64,000 nt of DNA from assembly GCA_001643675.2 (NCBI GenBank), contig LSRY02000041.1, positions 62,001 to 126,000 of the forward strand, read 5' to 3'. Source of the DNA: Monocercomonoides exilis PA203. Taxonomy: Eukaryota; Protista; Preaxostyla. Below are positions 1-12,618 of this stretch, piece after piece. Within the stretch, counting starts at the first letter, position 1, and the number at the start of each line of letters is the position of its first letter. The position numbers were made by a program, and so were the translations under genes. The notes under the pieces are model-generated. The model saw nothing but the letters and a program-made list of their open reading frames with translations, did no database searches and was not told where the DNA came from.

Positions 1-3000
1 AGAGGGAGAAGGAGAAACAGAAGAGAATGAACTTATCATCGCTGCCATCATCATCATATACCTCTTCTCCTATTTGTTTGGTTGTGAATGAGAGTGACAA
101 TGCTGCTGATGTGTGTGAAGATCACGAAGAGCGCAAAAGAAAGCGATGGCTTCATTTCCCTCCACATCCATCCAACAAAACATTATCTTCTTCCTCCTCT
201 TTATCTTCTTCCTCTTCCTCCATCTTCTCTCTCCCCTCATCCTATTCTGAGATGGTTGCTGAGCTGACAAGTGATGCTCCTCTCTGCATCGCCTTTGCCC
301 ATTCGCTTCCTTTGCGCCTGAACACTCTCCTCCACACAGCACGGTTTGTGCACATCACATTCAAAAGAATGTCATTTTATGTCTCTGAATTCGTGAGGAA
401 AAGGATGGGAATACAAAATATGCACAATTCATCATCATCATCATCATCATCATCTTCTTCTTCTTCTTCTTCTTCTTCTTCCTCCTCTTCTTCTATTTCT
501 TCTTCTTCCTCTTCCTTCTTCCCCTCCATCGCTCTCCTTCCGAACAGTCGCTTCTCCTCTCTTTTGGATGAGTCGATGTCTTTCCTCTTTCACATCGGCA
601 GCTGTTCTGTTGTGAATGCGATGATGTCACCTGTCTTTATGAAGATATACTCAGCTGACACTCAAAACAACAGAACTCAAAATAACATTAGTTCTTCTTC
701 TTCTGCTGCTGCTGCTTCTTCTCTGATGAAAAGAAGAGCGAGTCAAAGTTCTTTCAGTGAATATGGCAGAGGAGGAGAAGGAAGAAGAAGAAAAAGAACT
801 TTGTGTTCTCTATCTTCTGATGCAGAAGGAGAAGCACTTGAAGGAGAAGAATATTCAGAAGAAGAAGAAGATGATGATGATGAAGTTGTTGTTGAAGGAG
901 AAGAAGGAAGTTACATTCAAATGAGTGGAAGAAGCAGCAGAGACAGCATCAACTTCAACAGCTACACAAACATCAGATCAAACTTCATCGATGCTCCAAT
1001 GGGGAAGATGCCTTCTGGCTCTCTTGCTTCCTTTCTTCCTTCTTCTTCTTCTTCTTCTTTCTCCTCCTCCTCCGCCTCCTCCGCCTCCTCTTCTCCTTTT
1101 CCTTCTCCTTTTCCTTCTCCTTTTCCTTCTCCTCTTCCTTCTCCATCTTCTTCTTCTTCTTCTCCTTCTTCCATATCATCTCCTCTTTTCGCTTTTTCCT
1201 CTTCTTCTTTCTCTGCCACCACTTCTGCTTCTGTTCTCTTCAAAACTAATCCTCCAAATTCTTCTTCTTCCTCCTCCTCCTCCTTTTCAGATGTATCAGC
1301 AGGACATTCATCATCATCTTCTTCTTCTTCTTCATCTTCTTCTTCTTCCTCTTCTTCTCCTCTTTCTGTCTCTTCTCTCATTCCTTCCTCTTCCGACGAT
1401 TCTTCACAGCGTGGCCATTCTTTTGTGGCTGTTCAGACGAAACATCTTTCCGAAAAGGATTTTGCCACCCCAAAAAATGCTGTAGTGTTCAACATTTCAT
1501 ACAAAGACATACAAAAAGTGTGCAAATGATGTTAGTTCTATTTATTGGAATTTATTTATTTATTTATTTTTATTAATCTACATGTGTTTATAATGCATAT
1601 ATTCAACTTGTCATTATCTTTTCTTTTTTTCTTTTTTATCTCTTTTTTTCATTTTTCAAAAAAAAACGCATCAAATTCTTTTTCAATTATGTTTCTATTA
1701 AACTTTCTTTCATTCATTTTCTTCATTTCCTCTATTTTTCATTTCCTCTTTCTTCAGCCTCCGTCCAATCCTCCTCCAGCACCCCCATCTTGTCCAAAAG
1801 TATTTCCTCGTCCGCCTCCTCCTCCAAAACATCCACTTCCTCCCCCTCGCTCTCCTTCTACTCCTTCTCCTCCCTCTCGTGTTGCTTCTGCTTCTCCTCT
1901 CTCTTCCTCTTCCTCTTCCTCTTCCTCTTCTTCCTCCTTCTCCTTCTCCTCCTCTTCTTCTTCTTTGACTTCTCCTCCTTCTCTTTCAACCACATCCTCT
2001 TCCTCTTCCTCTTCCTCATCTCCTTCTCCTTCCTCTCCTTCTCCTTCTCCTTCTCTCTCTCCCTTCTCTTCCCCTTCTGCCTCTCTCCTCTCCTACCGCC
2101 GTTCCGTCTTCACCTCTCCTTCTCCTTCAGTCACCCGTCTCCTCTCCGTCCCTTCCAACTCCCTCACTTCCTCTGTCATGTCCTTCCTCCCTCCCTTTCT
2201 TGACTCCCTGGTCTCTCAAATAAGCTCAGCCATCGTCCCTCCCTTCGTCCTCGTCTTCATCCACTCTCTTTCTTCACTCCTCATCCGCTTCCTCTTCCAC
2301 GACTCACCCTGCGGAACTGTCAAAGCTATCGTTTATTCTCCTTCTTCTTCTTCTTCCTCTTCCTCTTCCTCTTCCTCCTCTTCCCATGCCTCAGACTTCC
2401 ACACCATCCCACTCTCCCCTCTCCTCTTCACCAAAGTCGATATCTGTGCCATCATCGACGACTGGCGCCTCCTCTTCACTCAGCTCCGCCTCCTCTTCAC
2501 CCACTTTGCCGGCAGACCTTCTCTCCCTCTCTTCGATTCTGTCATCTTCCCCCTCTTCCGTGAGGGCGATCGCCTCCTCCTCTCCTTCGCCTCATCTGAC
2601 CATTCTTCCCTGGCAGCTGAGCTGAGACGGGCCGAACACACACAGACAGCTCGTTTTGTGCTGTCTTCATTCGACTCCTCCTTTTCTGATGCAAACACAC
2701 TGGGTGGATGGCCATTCAATGAAGAGCTCCTCTCCTCTGCCCCTGTCGACATAAAGTATCTTCCTCAGCTGCTTCTCCTGGCCGCTCCTCTTTCTCACTC
2801 GTACTGTGCAGTGGGCGGGGTGTGGAGGGAGATGAGGAACGGGAGAAGAGCAAGGAAGAGGAAGGAGATGAGGAGGAGAACAGAAATGCCCAAGGGAAGG
2901 GGAGTGAAGAATATGAATGATTCTTCTTCTTTCTCCTTTAAAGGTGCTAATAATAGAGATAACAGAGATAACGGAGAAGGAGAAGGAGAAGAAGGAGAAG

Positions 3001-3740
3001 AAGGAGATGATAAGCATCTTGGGATAAGAAATCCGGCATTTGATCAGGAATATCTGCCAAAGAAGATTGAATTGGAAGACAAAAGAAAAGTATTTCAGAA
3101 GAATTTGAAGATGCTCAAAAGGAGAGGAGAAAGAAAAGTGAGTGGGAAAGAAAAGAAAAGGAAAGGGAAAGAGGAAGAGGAAGAGGAAGAGGATGAAGAG
3201 GAAGAAGAGAAGAATGGTGAAGAAGAAGAAGAGGAGGAAGGAGAAAATGCACTTTTTGGGTTTGAAGATGAGTTTAGTGATTCGATGGAAGAAGACATTG
3301 ATGAAGCAGAGTCATTCTGCAGACGTCTCTTGTCTCGTTCATTGAACTCTTATGCACCCAAACAGCAACAGCAACAGCAACAGCCAGCTCTTTCTGCACA
3401 CGAGAAATTAATCTCCCACTCTCCTTCTTCTCCTTCTTCTTTCTCTTCTTCTCCTCATTCTCTTTCCCATCACAGTCATCTGCATCTGAAAGTACCCTAT
3501 TCATTCATGCACCCACTGAACATGTCGTCTCGCAGGAAGTTTGGGGCAGTGCCGGAATATTGTGACACAATTGCCTTGTCTTCTGTGGAGCCTGCCCTTC
3601 GCTTGTTCCACAGCAACACCACAGATGGAAGTGGGTCTGATCCATTCAGCTTCAGAGAATGCTATGCAATCCTTGCTCATTCTTCACAGAAAATTGCAGG
3701 AACTTACATACGCGACTTTAGGCAGACACACAAAAGATGA
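1..3740 (+). CDS. Large Ser/Glu-rich hypothetical protein, 3' part (probably 5'-partial)
   Basis: ORFs 27..1529 and 1545..3740 are joined in phase 0 by a GT-AG intron at 1518-1757 (AAA|GTGTGC...TCTTCAG|CCT), giving ...KDIQK|PPSNPP.... The stop is TGA at 3738-3740. No recognisable domain. Confidence 0.7.
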
Positions 3741-4014
3741 AGTTTTGAAGAACAATGCCTCACATAAGTCGATTGATTATTGGATAGTTTTTTTAAAATT
3801 TGAAAAAATTATTTGTATTTTTATACCCCATACTTAAGGAATTGAGCCACACTTTTCCTTTTCTTCACTTTTTACTTTGAATAATCGTTTCAACGGGGGT
3901 GTGCTCATGTTTCCTATTTATTTAATATTGTTTCTATTTTATGTGATTATTTCAAATATTTCTGAATGTTTGTGTAATTGATAATAATAACTTTATTATT
4001 AATATTTTCAAAGA

Positions 4015-5419
4015 ATGTTACATATGGAAAAATTTACTGGTATTTTTGTATTCATTCATATTTTAAAACAGAATGTTTCTGTCTTTATTCAAATTTTCAT
4101 AATCTTCTGAGAAATGCTTTTGCAGCTAGAGAATCTCAATGCATCAGAACAAAAGCAGAAAATTGATGAAATGATTTGCTTGGTGAAAGCTATGGAAAGT
4201 GAAGAAGTGAAATTGGTGCTCGGAAAAGAAAGGATTAACACAATTAATAAAATGATGAGAGAAAACAAGCTATCATTGGATAATGCTGCATTGTTAATGA
4301 AGCAAATTGGATGTCAAATGTTGTTGAGAGGGATAAAACCAATAGGCTTATTCAAGTCTTTAATTTGCGACAGAACAAAGAAGGCTATCATTTTTGAAGA
4401 GAACAAAAAAGAGGGGAAGAATGAAAAATTACAAATTGATCTGTGCGAGTGTTATCTCTTGTTGTTTCACAACTTAATAACTCCAAAGCAATTACTTTCA
4501 ATTTGCGTTTCTTGCATGCTGAAAGTTGCATCGAGCAAAGAGGAAAGTGAAGAAGCGACAAGTGAAGTGGAAATAGCTTTGCTATCATTGAATAATTGCC
4601 AGAAATTTGCTGTATGCAGACGTTTGAATTGAATTATATAATGAAAATTTTAAACATAAATATAAAAAGGATATCGAAAAAGAATTGTATTTGGAAAAGA
4701 TGACTGAAATCATTAAATATCATCAAGAACATCAGAATCTGACGCATTTGGCTTATCAATCAGCTTGGGGTTTTTTGATTGATAGATTCTATTATTATGG
4801 CAGTCTGGAAAAAGCTATTGTGGATGAACTGCATCCTGTGAGAGAGGCAATAAAAGAACTTTATGAGCTTGAAAGGAATATTAATTGGATGAAGAAAGAA
4901 GAAGAAATGAAAAGTGAGAAATGTATTTGCACAATAAATAGATGGTTGAAGGCAATTAAAATCTATTTTAGCTGCATTGTTTATGGCAAAGAAGGGTTAT
5001 GTGATTTGATTGCAAGAATCGTTAGTGTTTGCAGAGAGTCAAATGGCAAGTGCAGAAAAGTATTTCGAAAATGCATTAGCCTTTTATCGTTTATGACCAG
5101 TGAAAATTCGATTGCACCTATTTCAGACTTGTTGAATGGTGGGGCTGTAAGCGTTGTGCTTGAGCAAGTGCATCAATGCTTGCTTTCTGAAGACATTGCT
5201 CTTCACTGCCAAAACTTTTTGATTTATCTTTCAACTAGATTGAAGGAAATGAAGATTGAGGAATGCACCAAAGCAGAGTGGAAGATGTTGAAGAGAAAGA
5301 TTTTTGATATGTTTGAAGAAGAAGGAAGTGAAGATCTGATTATCAGCTTTTCCAATTCTTTGATGAAAAAAATGGAAAAGTATTCGCAAGATATTGAAGA
5401 ATACATCATTTTCTGTTGA
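4015..5419 (+). CDS. Uncharacterised multigene-family protein, copy 1 (motifs IDLCECYL and YLxEITEIIKYHQxHxNLTxLAYQSAW)
   Basis: Short exon MLHMEKFT|E plus ORFs 4114..4632 and 4685..5419 separated by a short AT-rich intron. Clear protein similarity and the same intron layout as copies 2 and 3. Confidence 0.75.
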
Positions 5420-6028
5420 ACCCTGAAATAACTTCATATATGCGTGCATCATAGCAATATAATTTGCAGAGTCACATCACAAATAGGGAAATAATTCTTT
5501 GAGAAATGAACGTTGTTCCACTGTTTCGGCTGGATGATCAGAACAAGAAAAGAAAGCATCCAAATGAAAACTATTGTGCTTCAAATGTTTTTGAAAAACG
5601 AGTTATTAGAGTTTCTGTACAGAAAAAAAATATGAATTAATCTTGTTTATGAAATGGTAGTTTTTCTCTATTTGTGAATCATGCGAGCATCGAAGACAAA
5701 TAAATAACTTTTGGATTCAACAAATAATTCAGAAAAATGATGAATTTTTAAACTTGCATAAAATACTACTAAGTGAACTCAAAGTATACAACTCCGAAAA
5801 AAGTTTTGATGGAATTTTAAAGGGAAATAGCTCATAAAACCATTATAAATAATTTTGAGATTCTTTTGTATTTTGAAGCTGTCTTTACGTATATATGACG
5901 GAGCAGATTAAAAAACCGGTTTAATTATTTGCATCATTTGTTTTTCTGACTCTTTGAAATTTTCAAATTGAAATTTGCGAATTCCCTGCGATGCATTCCA
6001 TCGATTATTGATTTGTGAACTAAAAAAA

Positions 6029-7394
6029 ATGAAACGGGAAAAGTTGAATATTAAATTTTCAGGTTTTTATATAGTACATATTATTTTTAAATTTGGTCAG
6101 TTAACTTTTTAAATTTGTGAAGAATTACTTTCGCGGTTAAACAATTCTTTAGAAACAGAACAAAAACAGATTATTGAAGAAATGAATGAGTTAATATGCG
6201 AAATGGATAAAGAAGAATTCAAGCGTATTTTTACAGAAGAATTGTTTAACATGATCGACAAAATGATTGAAGAAAAGAAGATGCAGCTGGGAATCGCAGT
6301 GAAATTGTTGAGGTGCATGGGACATTTCAAATTACTGAGAGATATATGGAATCTATCCTTTAATTATTCTTCGTTGTGTAAAAGAATTGAGAATTCGATA
6401 ACAGAAGAGGTTTTGAAAAACAAAGCAAAAAATGAAAAATTTGTTACTTTTCTTTGTGAGTGTCTTCTTCTTCTCCATGAGCACGCTTGCAATATTGAGA
6501 AGGACGTATACGCAATCTGTATTGGTTATCTTTTGAGGGAGGGATTGAAGAAAGGGGAAAGCGAAGATGTACAAAAAGATGTTGATCTGGCTTTAAGTGC
6601 TTTGGGAAACATTAAATTATCCTCTGTTTGCACTTATTTAAATTAAAATTTAATATTTTGCCTTTTTACACTTTTTTTATGCTCAGATAATGAAGAGAGA
6701 AATGTATCTCAACGAAATCACAGAAATCATCAAATACCATCAGGCGCATCACAACCTCACTCACCTAGCCTATCAATCCGCTTGGCAGTTTTTAACAAGT
6801 AGGTATTTTGATGATGAAGCATTGGAAGATATGATTATAAATGAGCTTAATTTTATGAATGAAGCGCCCAGAGAGCTGGAAGAATTGACAAAATGTGTAG
6901 ATTGGAAGAAAAGAGATAAAGAGGAAAGAAAAAAAGAATGTGATGCTGCGGATGTGATAGTGAAATGGTGCAATATGATAAATATGTTTATGTTGCACTG
7001 TACCAAGAGAAGAGCTGATTTTTCAGTTATTATTGATGAAATTGTCAGATTGTACAAAACTGCAAAAGACAATTTCCAAGAAATGTCAAGCAAATGCATC
7101 AATGTTATATATTGTGCCACAACTTTTAGAACTGTAAGTGTTGTGGATTTACTGAGAGGCGGGGCTTTTGAACTCATCTTAGGCGAACTGCCTCGATTGC
7201 CATATGTCGATGGTTTGACTTTTCGATACATACGCATTCTGAAAGCACTTCCAGAGAATTTGGAGGAAGAGATGAAAGAGAAGAAAGGGGATGCGTCACT
7301 TGAGATTTGCAAACGAGAAATATCTGAAAAACTGGAAGAAGAGGGATTTGAAGATATCCTTTCGAGCTATCAGACAATTCTTTCATATTTTTAG
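6029..7394 (+). CDS. Uncharacterised multigene-family protein, copy 2
   Basis: Exon MKREKLNIKFS|ELLS..., then ORFs 6182..6646 and 6690..7394. Contains MYLNEITEIIKYHQAHHNLTHLAYQSAWQFL and EKLEEEGFED. Confidence 0.75.
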
Positions 7395-7791
7395 TGCTTT
7401 TGATGCTATAATGAACTTTAAGCAACAAAGTTGTTGAAAAATTGAATATGATTATTAGAATATATTTGCTCTTTCATTTTCGAGAGCTTTTTTGCATTTC
7501 AAAGTGAATATTCTTTTTTAATCAGTTTTTGTATGCATTTCATTTAATTATTGTGAACTTTTTATTTGCTTTTTGCTGTTTATGCTCTGACTAATGAAGA
7601 AAACTCTTTTTATAATAAACCCAAATTAAAATTTATTAGCTTAATCAAAAAACTGAAAAGATAATTATTGACAAATGTCACAAATGCAGAAAGCAGTTGC
7701 GTTTTCTTGTAATTTGTTGTTGTGATGGAAACATTATTTGTTGGTAATTTGCATTTTAACGATCTTCATTACTTATTAGAGCAATGATTGG

Positions 7792-9223
7792 ATGATCAAA
7801 TTCTTTGCGCAACAAAGTCCTAATGTAGAAGAGTTTAACGGTGTGCTTTAATTATCTCATTTATTGTTTCTTTGAATGCAAATATTTTATAGAAATATTG
7901 TTTCAACTTGGAAATTGTTCTCCTTGTGAACAAAAGGAAAAAATGGAAAAATTGAATGACTTAATTGTTGGAATGAATGAAAAAGAGTTGAAATATTTTT
8001 TCACGAAAATGAAATTCAATGAAATTCATAAGATGTTTGAAGAAAAGAAATTGTCAATGGAATGTGTGATATTAATTTTGAAGTGTTTGGGATACTTCAA
8101 TATGATTAGAAACGTGTTGTACGTTTTTTTCGATCGTTCATTATTGTTCCCCAAAATTGGGGAGATGATTGTTTTGGAAGAGAAGAAAGGGGAAAGAAAG
8201 AATAAAAAGCTACTTATTGATCTTTGTGAATGCTATCTTATGCTTTGTGGCATTAACATTAGCGAAGAAATCCTATCAATTTGTATTTGCAGTCTTTTGA
8301 AAGTTGCATTGACGGAAGAGGAAAACGAGGAAATACGAAAAGAAGAGGAAATGGCTTTGCTTTCTTTAAGCAACGTTGGAGTGACTACTGTGTGGAAAAA
8401 TTATCATCAGTTTAATTTTCTTTTTTTGATTCTGAATACTTATTCTTTTGATTAGGAAGCGAAAAAAGAATTGTATTTGAACGAGATCACAGAAATCATA
8501 AATCGGCATCAAAAACTTCGCTATCTGTCACCTCTCGCGTATCAATCAGCTTGGGAGTTTTTGATTAACAGATATTCCAAAGAAAAAGAACTTGCAAAAC
8601 TGATTTCAAAAAGATTGAAATTTGTAGAAGAAGCAATGAAGGAACTGGAGGAACAAACAACGTGCATGAGCTGGAAAGAAAAGGGAGGAGAAAGAAAAGA
8701 ATCGAGAGAAAGTATTACAATAATGAGATGGTGCATACTGATTTCGCGGTTCATGACCTGCTGCAAATCAAATGAACTTACGCATTTTGAGATGATCAGA
8801 TGCGTTGTAAAAACTATCCAAAAAGCAGAGGGTAATTATGTTGAGATTGATGTGGAGTGTATAAGAATCCTTAAGTTCATAATGCCAAATGGAAGAGAGG
8901 CGGTTTATGATTTATTGAAAGGTGGAGCAATAGATATCATTTTTTTGTAGTTGCTTCAGCCAAGTTTAAACGAATTTGTGTTGTATTCATGTGTGACCTT
9001 TTTCTACTTGCTTTTGCACAATTTGGATGAAAACGAGGAAGGAAAGAGCAAAGATGAAAAAATAAGTGATTCAGGATCGAAAGTTTTGAAACATGAAATG
9101 TTAGAAAAACTGGAAAAAGAAGGATATGAAGATCTCATAATTTGTTTTTTCCCTCGGATTCATTTCCCAAGGAAATATATTTTGTTTCCAAAAGAGTTTT
9201 CAAATTACATAGTGATAAAATGA
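7792..9223 (+). pseudogene. Multigene-family copy 3 with one in-frame TAG
   Basis: Same exon layout as copies 1 and 2. ORF 8471..8950 ends at TAG 8948-8950 and continues in frame as 8951..9223 (GGAIDIIFL*LLQP vs copy 1 GGAVSVVLEQVHQ). Confidence 0.65.
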
Positions 9224-9755
9224 ATAGAGCACATGATGTGTATGATTGAAAAGATTTTATTTTTTTCTTTTTGTGATTTGTAGTTTCATATTTTAATTTC
9301 TATTTATTTTCTTAAATTTTTGTTGTTTCATAATTTATTTTCATTTTCATTTTCATTTAAATCGAAATTTCATAAAGTAACTTGTTCAGTTAAAAGATTT
9401 CCCGAGTTTTTCTCAAATTTGTTTTTCAATGTTATTTGTTTTGGGAAAAAAAAAAACTTGCAGAAAATTTTGAAAAAGCTTTGAAGATTTTATCAATCTG
9501 GGGTGAAATATTTAAAGATCAAAATAAATTACAAAAATTGTTCAATTATAAACTTTTTGATGACTCTTATTTATGAAGTTTTTGCAAAAAAAAAAAAAAA
9601 AAAAATTAAAATATTCCAATGAAACGTTAGTTTTTTTGAACAAAAAATGAAAGAATAGCATCTGCAATTTGGCAAACACACAAATAAATAAATAAATCAT
9701 TTTTATAAATTCAAGAAAATGACAAAAAATCAACATGTGAAATGATAAAAAAATT

Positions 9756-12567
9756 TCATCTTTCTCTCCCAATAGCTTCGAGTAACGAAGCATCCCCATC
9801 TGCTTCTGTTGAAAAAGAAGAAGGCAACTCATACACACAAACCCATCCAGAGGCATCTCCACAAGAAAGCATTGGAAAATGAGGAGAAAAAGAAACAGAA
9901 AGGACTGCAAGAGGAGCAGAAGAGCCGTGCTTTGAAGCTTTTATTCGGCTCTTTTTTGCTTTTGAGTGAAGTGAAGATGAATTTGAAGAAGTAACGCTTT
10001 CGTCTGCCTGTCCAGATGCACCAGCAGTTGATGCATCAACACGTGGATGGTCAAGAGATGGATTGATTGTGGAGCATAAACTCAGTTTATCAGCCTAAAA
10101 TCAATTTTTTCAAAAATCATATATTTAATCAATTAATGAAATATGTGAATTATGCATCACATCGAATGCGCAATGACAAAGAAGAAAAGTTAAAGCAACG
10201 AAAACAGTTCGAGCATTTCAAGAAAACAAGAACATAAACATTCAAAAGAATCAAATAGAATCAAACAGAAAGCCGAAATAGCGACAGGCCGCCTTTTGAC
10301 GAGCCAGCAGCAATAACACGTGGAGCACGTGTGGACCAAGCAACAGACAAAATTGGAGATTTTAGTGTCTCAGAAAATATTGGCTCGCGCTGAATTCAAA
10401 AAGACAATGAAAATGTTTTTTTAAAATTAATTGAAGGGAATCTTTAATTATAGAATTTTTTCTGAATAAATAGAATTCTCAAACGGAAAGAGCGTTTCTG
10501 AGTGTAAGTGACCCATCTGCCCCAGCAGAAACAAACAGGTTTCGATGTCTGTAACAAGCAGATATCCCATTCACAGGTCCGACATGCGGTGCATAATTAA
10601 AAGTGACTGGATTTGGTGCTGAAAAGAAAATGTTGAAGCAAAATGAAAAAAAAAAATATGAAAAAGAACAGATAAAAACAAAAAATGAGAGAAAAAAGAT
10701 GAATAAAGAAATATTCCCAACACATAAAAAAGCACAAATTATCTTCACACCTTGTTTTTCGGATGAGCTTGCGTCTTTTCTGTCCAACTGTCTTTTCAGC
10801 CCCCATTTTGGGTCTTTTCGGAACGAGCCCTTGAACACACCCCCAGTTTCGGTCGCAAAGTAGAACTGGCTTTGGTCGAAGGGAGAAAGCGACAGGGCTG
10901 TCCCTGCAACTGGTGCAAGTGCTGACAGAAATAATTGAGCACACAATTAAGACAGATATTCATGTGATGACAGAAGATTTAAAAAAAATTGAATATTGCA
11001 ATTTGTTATATCGAATGCGATGACACATCACAATAAAAATTGTTTATTGAAAGATTCAAAAAAAGATTGAATGAGGCAAACGTTGAGAGGAAAGCGAAGG
11101 AAGTGAGGTGATTGAAGAAAGAGGAGATGTTCTGTTCTGGATGACATATTCTCCCACTGGAAATGCCAGACGATTGTCGAGTGTCCAAAGAAACACTTTT
11201 CCATCACTTCCCAATGAACAGAGCTGAAGAAACGTCAAAAGGAATTATTCAAAAAGGAAAAGAAAGTTAAAATTTGATGATTTCATGTCAAAAGTTATAA
11301 CAAAAAAAAGTAATAGTTTAGTTGTAAATGCATCATTTTCATTCATTACACATTCAATTCAATATTAACAATCACAAACATCATAATCATTCCCAATGGC
11401 AGATCCGTGTTTCACCCACGCCACAGCCGAGACAGGCTCGTTGTGACATTCAGCATCGATGGATGAAGACAATATCACTGGCTCCTCTCGATTCTTGAAA
11501 TCAAACACATGCACCGCACCAGAGAACGAGCCCCCAGCCACAAGCGTCGGATCTGTTGGATGACAGGCAACACACAGAAGACAGCTGTTGACCTCAGCAG
11601 ATGCAAAAAGAGAGTTTTCATCAGATATTCCTCGATTTGCAGTTGAGAATTTGGTCACCCCTTTCTTTTGTTCTTCGTGAAACACACTGAATAGTTGAAT
11701 AATGCCTCTAAAGTTGACAACAGCAAAAACAACATGTTTTTGAAAGTTTTTCATTTTTAAGATTTTTTACGATGATGAATTAAAAATGATTAATCATAAA
11801 TCAGACAAAAAAATTTTATTTCACACCTGTGCATACACCACCCAGTATGATTGAGCTGTCCATAACTCACCGCTAATAAACGGCCTGTGGAATTCCAAGA
11901 CAAACCAGAACAATGCTGCATCGCCTCGACCACATATTCTGAATCATCTCTCGCTTTCTGTTCGGATCGCTCTTTCGCCGTATTTGTTATCATTTCAAAA
12001 GGTGATGAAGACACTGAAACCGGATCAGAAGGCGAATAATTTTCCTTAGTTTCAGTCTTTTTTTGATTATGAAATGAGGTTGGTGTTGGAGGAGGAAATG
12101 TTGCATAAAGTCTGAAATCCAATTGATCATCATCCCACAGAGGGTTGTATCCTTTTATTGAAATGAAAATTCAATAAAAACATATTTAAAAAATTACGTA
12201 CCCACAAATGACTGACTTAGAAGGTTAGAAGTTATTGCTTGTTCAAAAAGGGGCAATGTTCGATGCAGAATTTGATAAAGCTGCTTTGTCATCTTGAGCT
12301 CGGAACTTTTTATAATTTTTTCATTATCTTCAGTTTGTGTCTTTATTTTATAAAATCAAAATGTACAAAATGCCATCAAATGCCGTATTAAAATTATTTA
12401 TAATAAAAAATATAAAAAATCAAAAAATTAATTATTGCAAGCATAATAATAACCTCTTGTGAAAAATAATCTTTTCCTATTATTTTGTCACTAATTGAAA
12501 CAGGATCTGTTTGAAGTTCTTCGTTGCATGTCTCTATTTTGCGTTTGACAACGAAGCTTGTTATCAT
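9756..12567 (-). CDS. WDR34: WD-repeat dynein-2 intermediate chain (WDR34/FAP133), multi-exon
   Basis: Exonic motifs LSWNSTGRLLAVSYGQLNHTGW, CLLCVACHPTDPTLVAGGSFSG, HNEPVSAVAW, SLGSDGKVFLW, APHVGPVNGISACYRHRNLFVSAGADG and C-terminal LSCGDASGWVCVYEL are collinear with WDR34. TGA at 9756-9758. The start is inferred (MITSFVVKRK...QTDPV). Confidence 0.88.
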
Positions 12568-12618
12568 CACAGAAAATATTTAGGGAATTTCGATCTAATT
12601 TAAATTCAACAAAGTATT

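Noticed and set aside
925-3345. Poly-Leu, poly-Glu and poly-Lys ORFs in alternative frames and on the opposite strand (also throughout 17-22 kb and 47-51 kb)
   Set aside because: These are shadows of TCT/TCC/GAA low-complexity tracts, which lack stops in the other frames.
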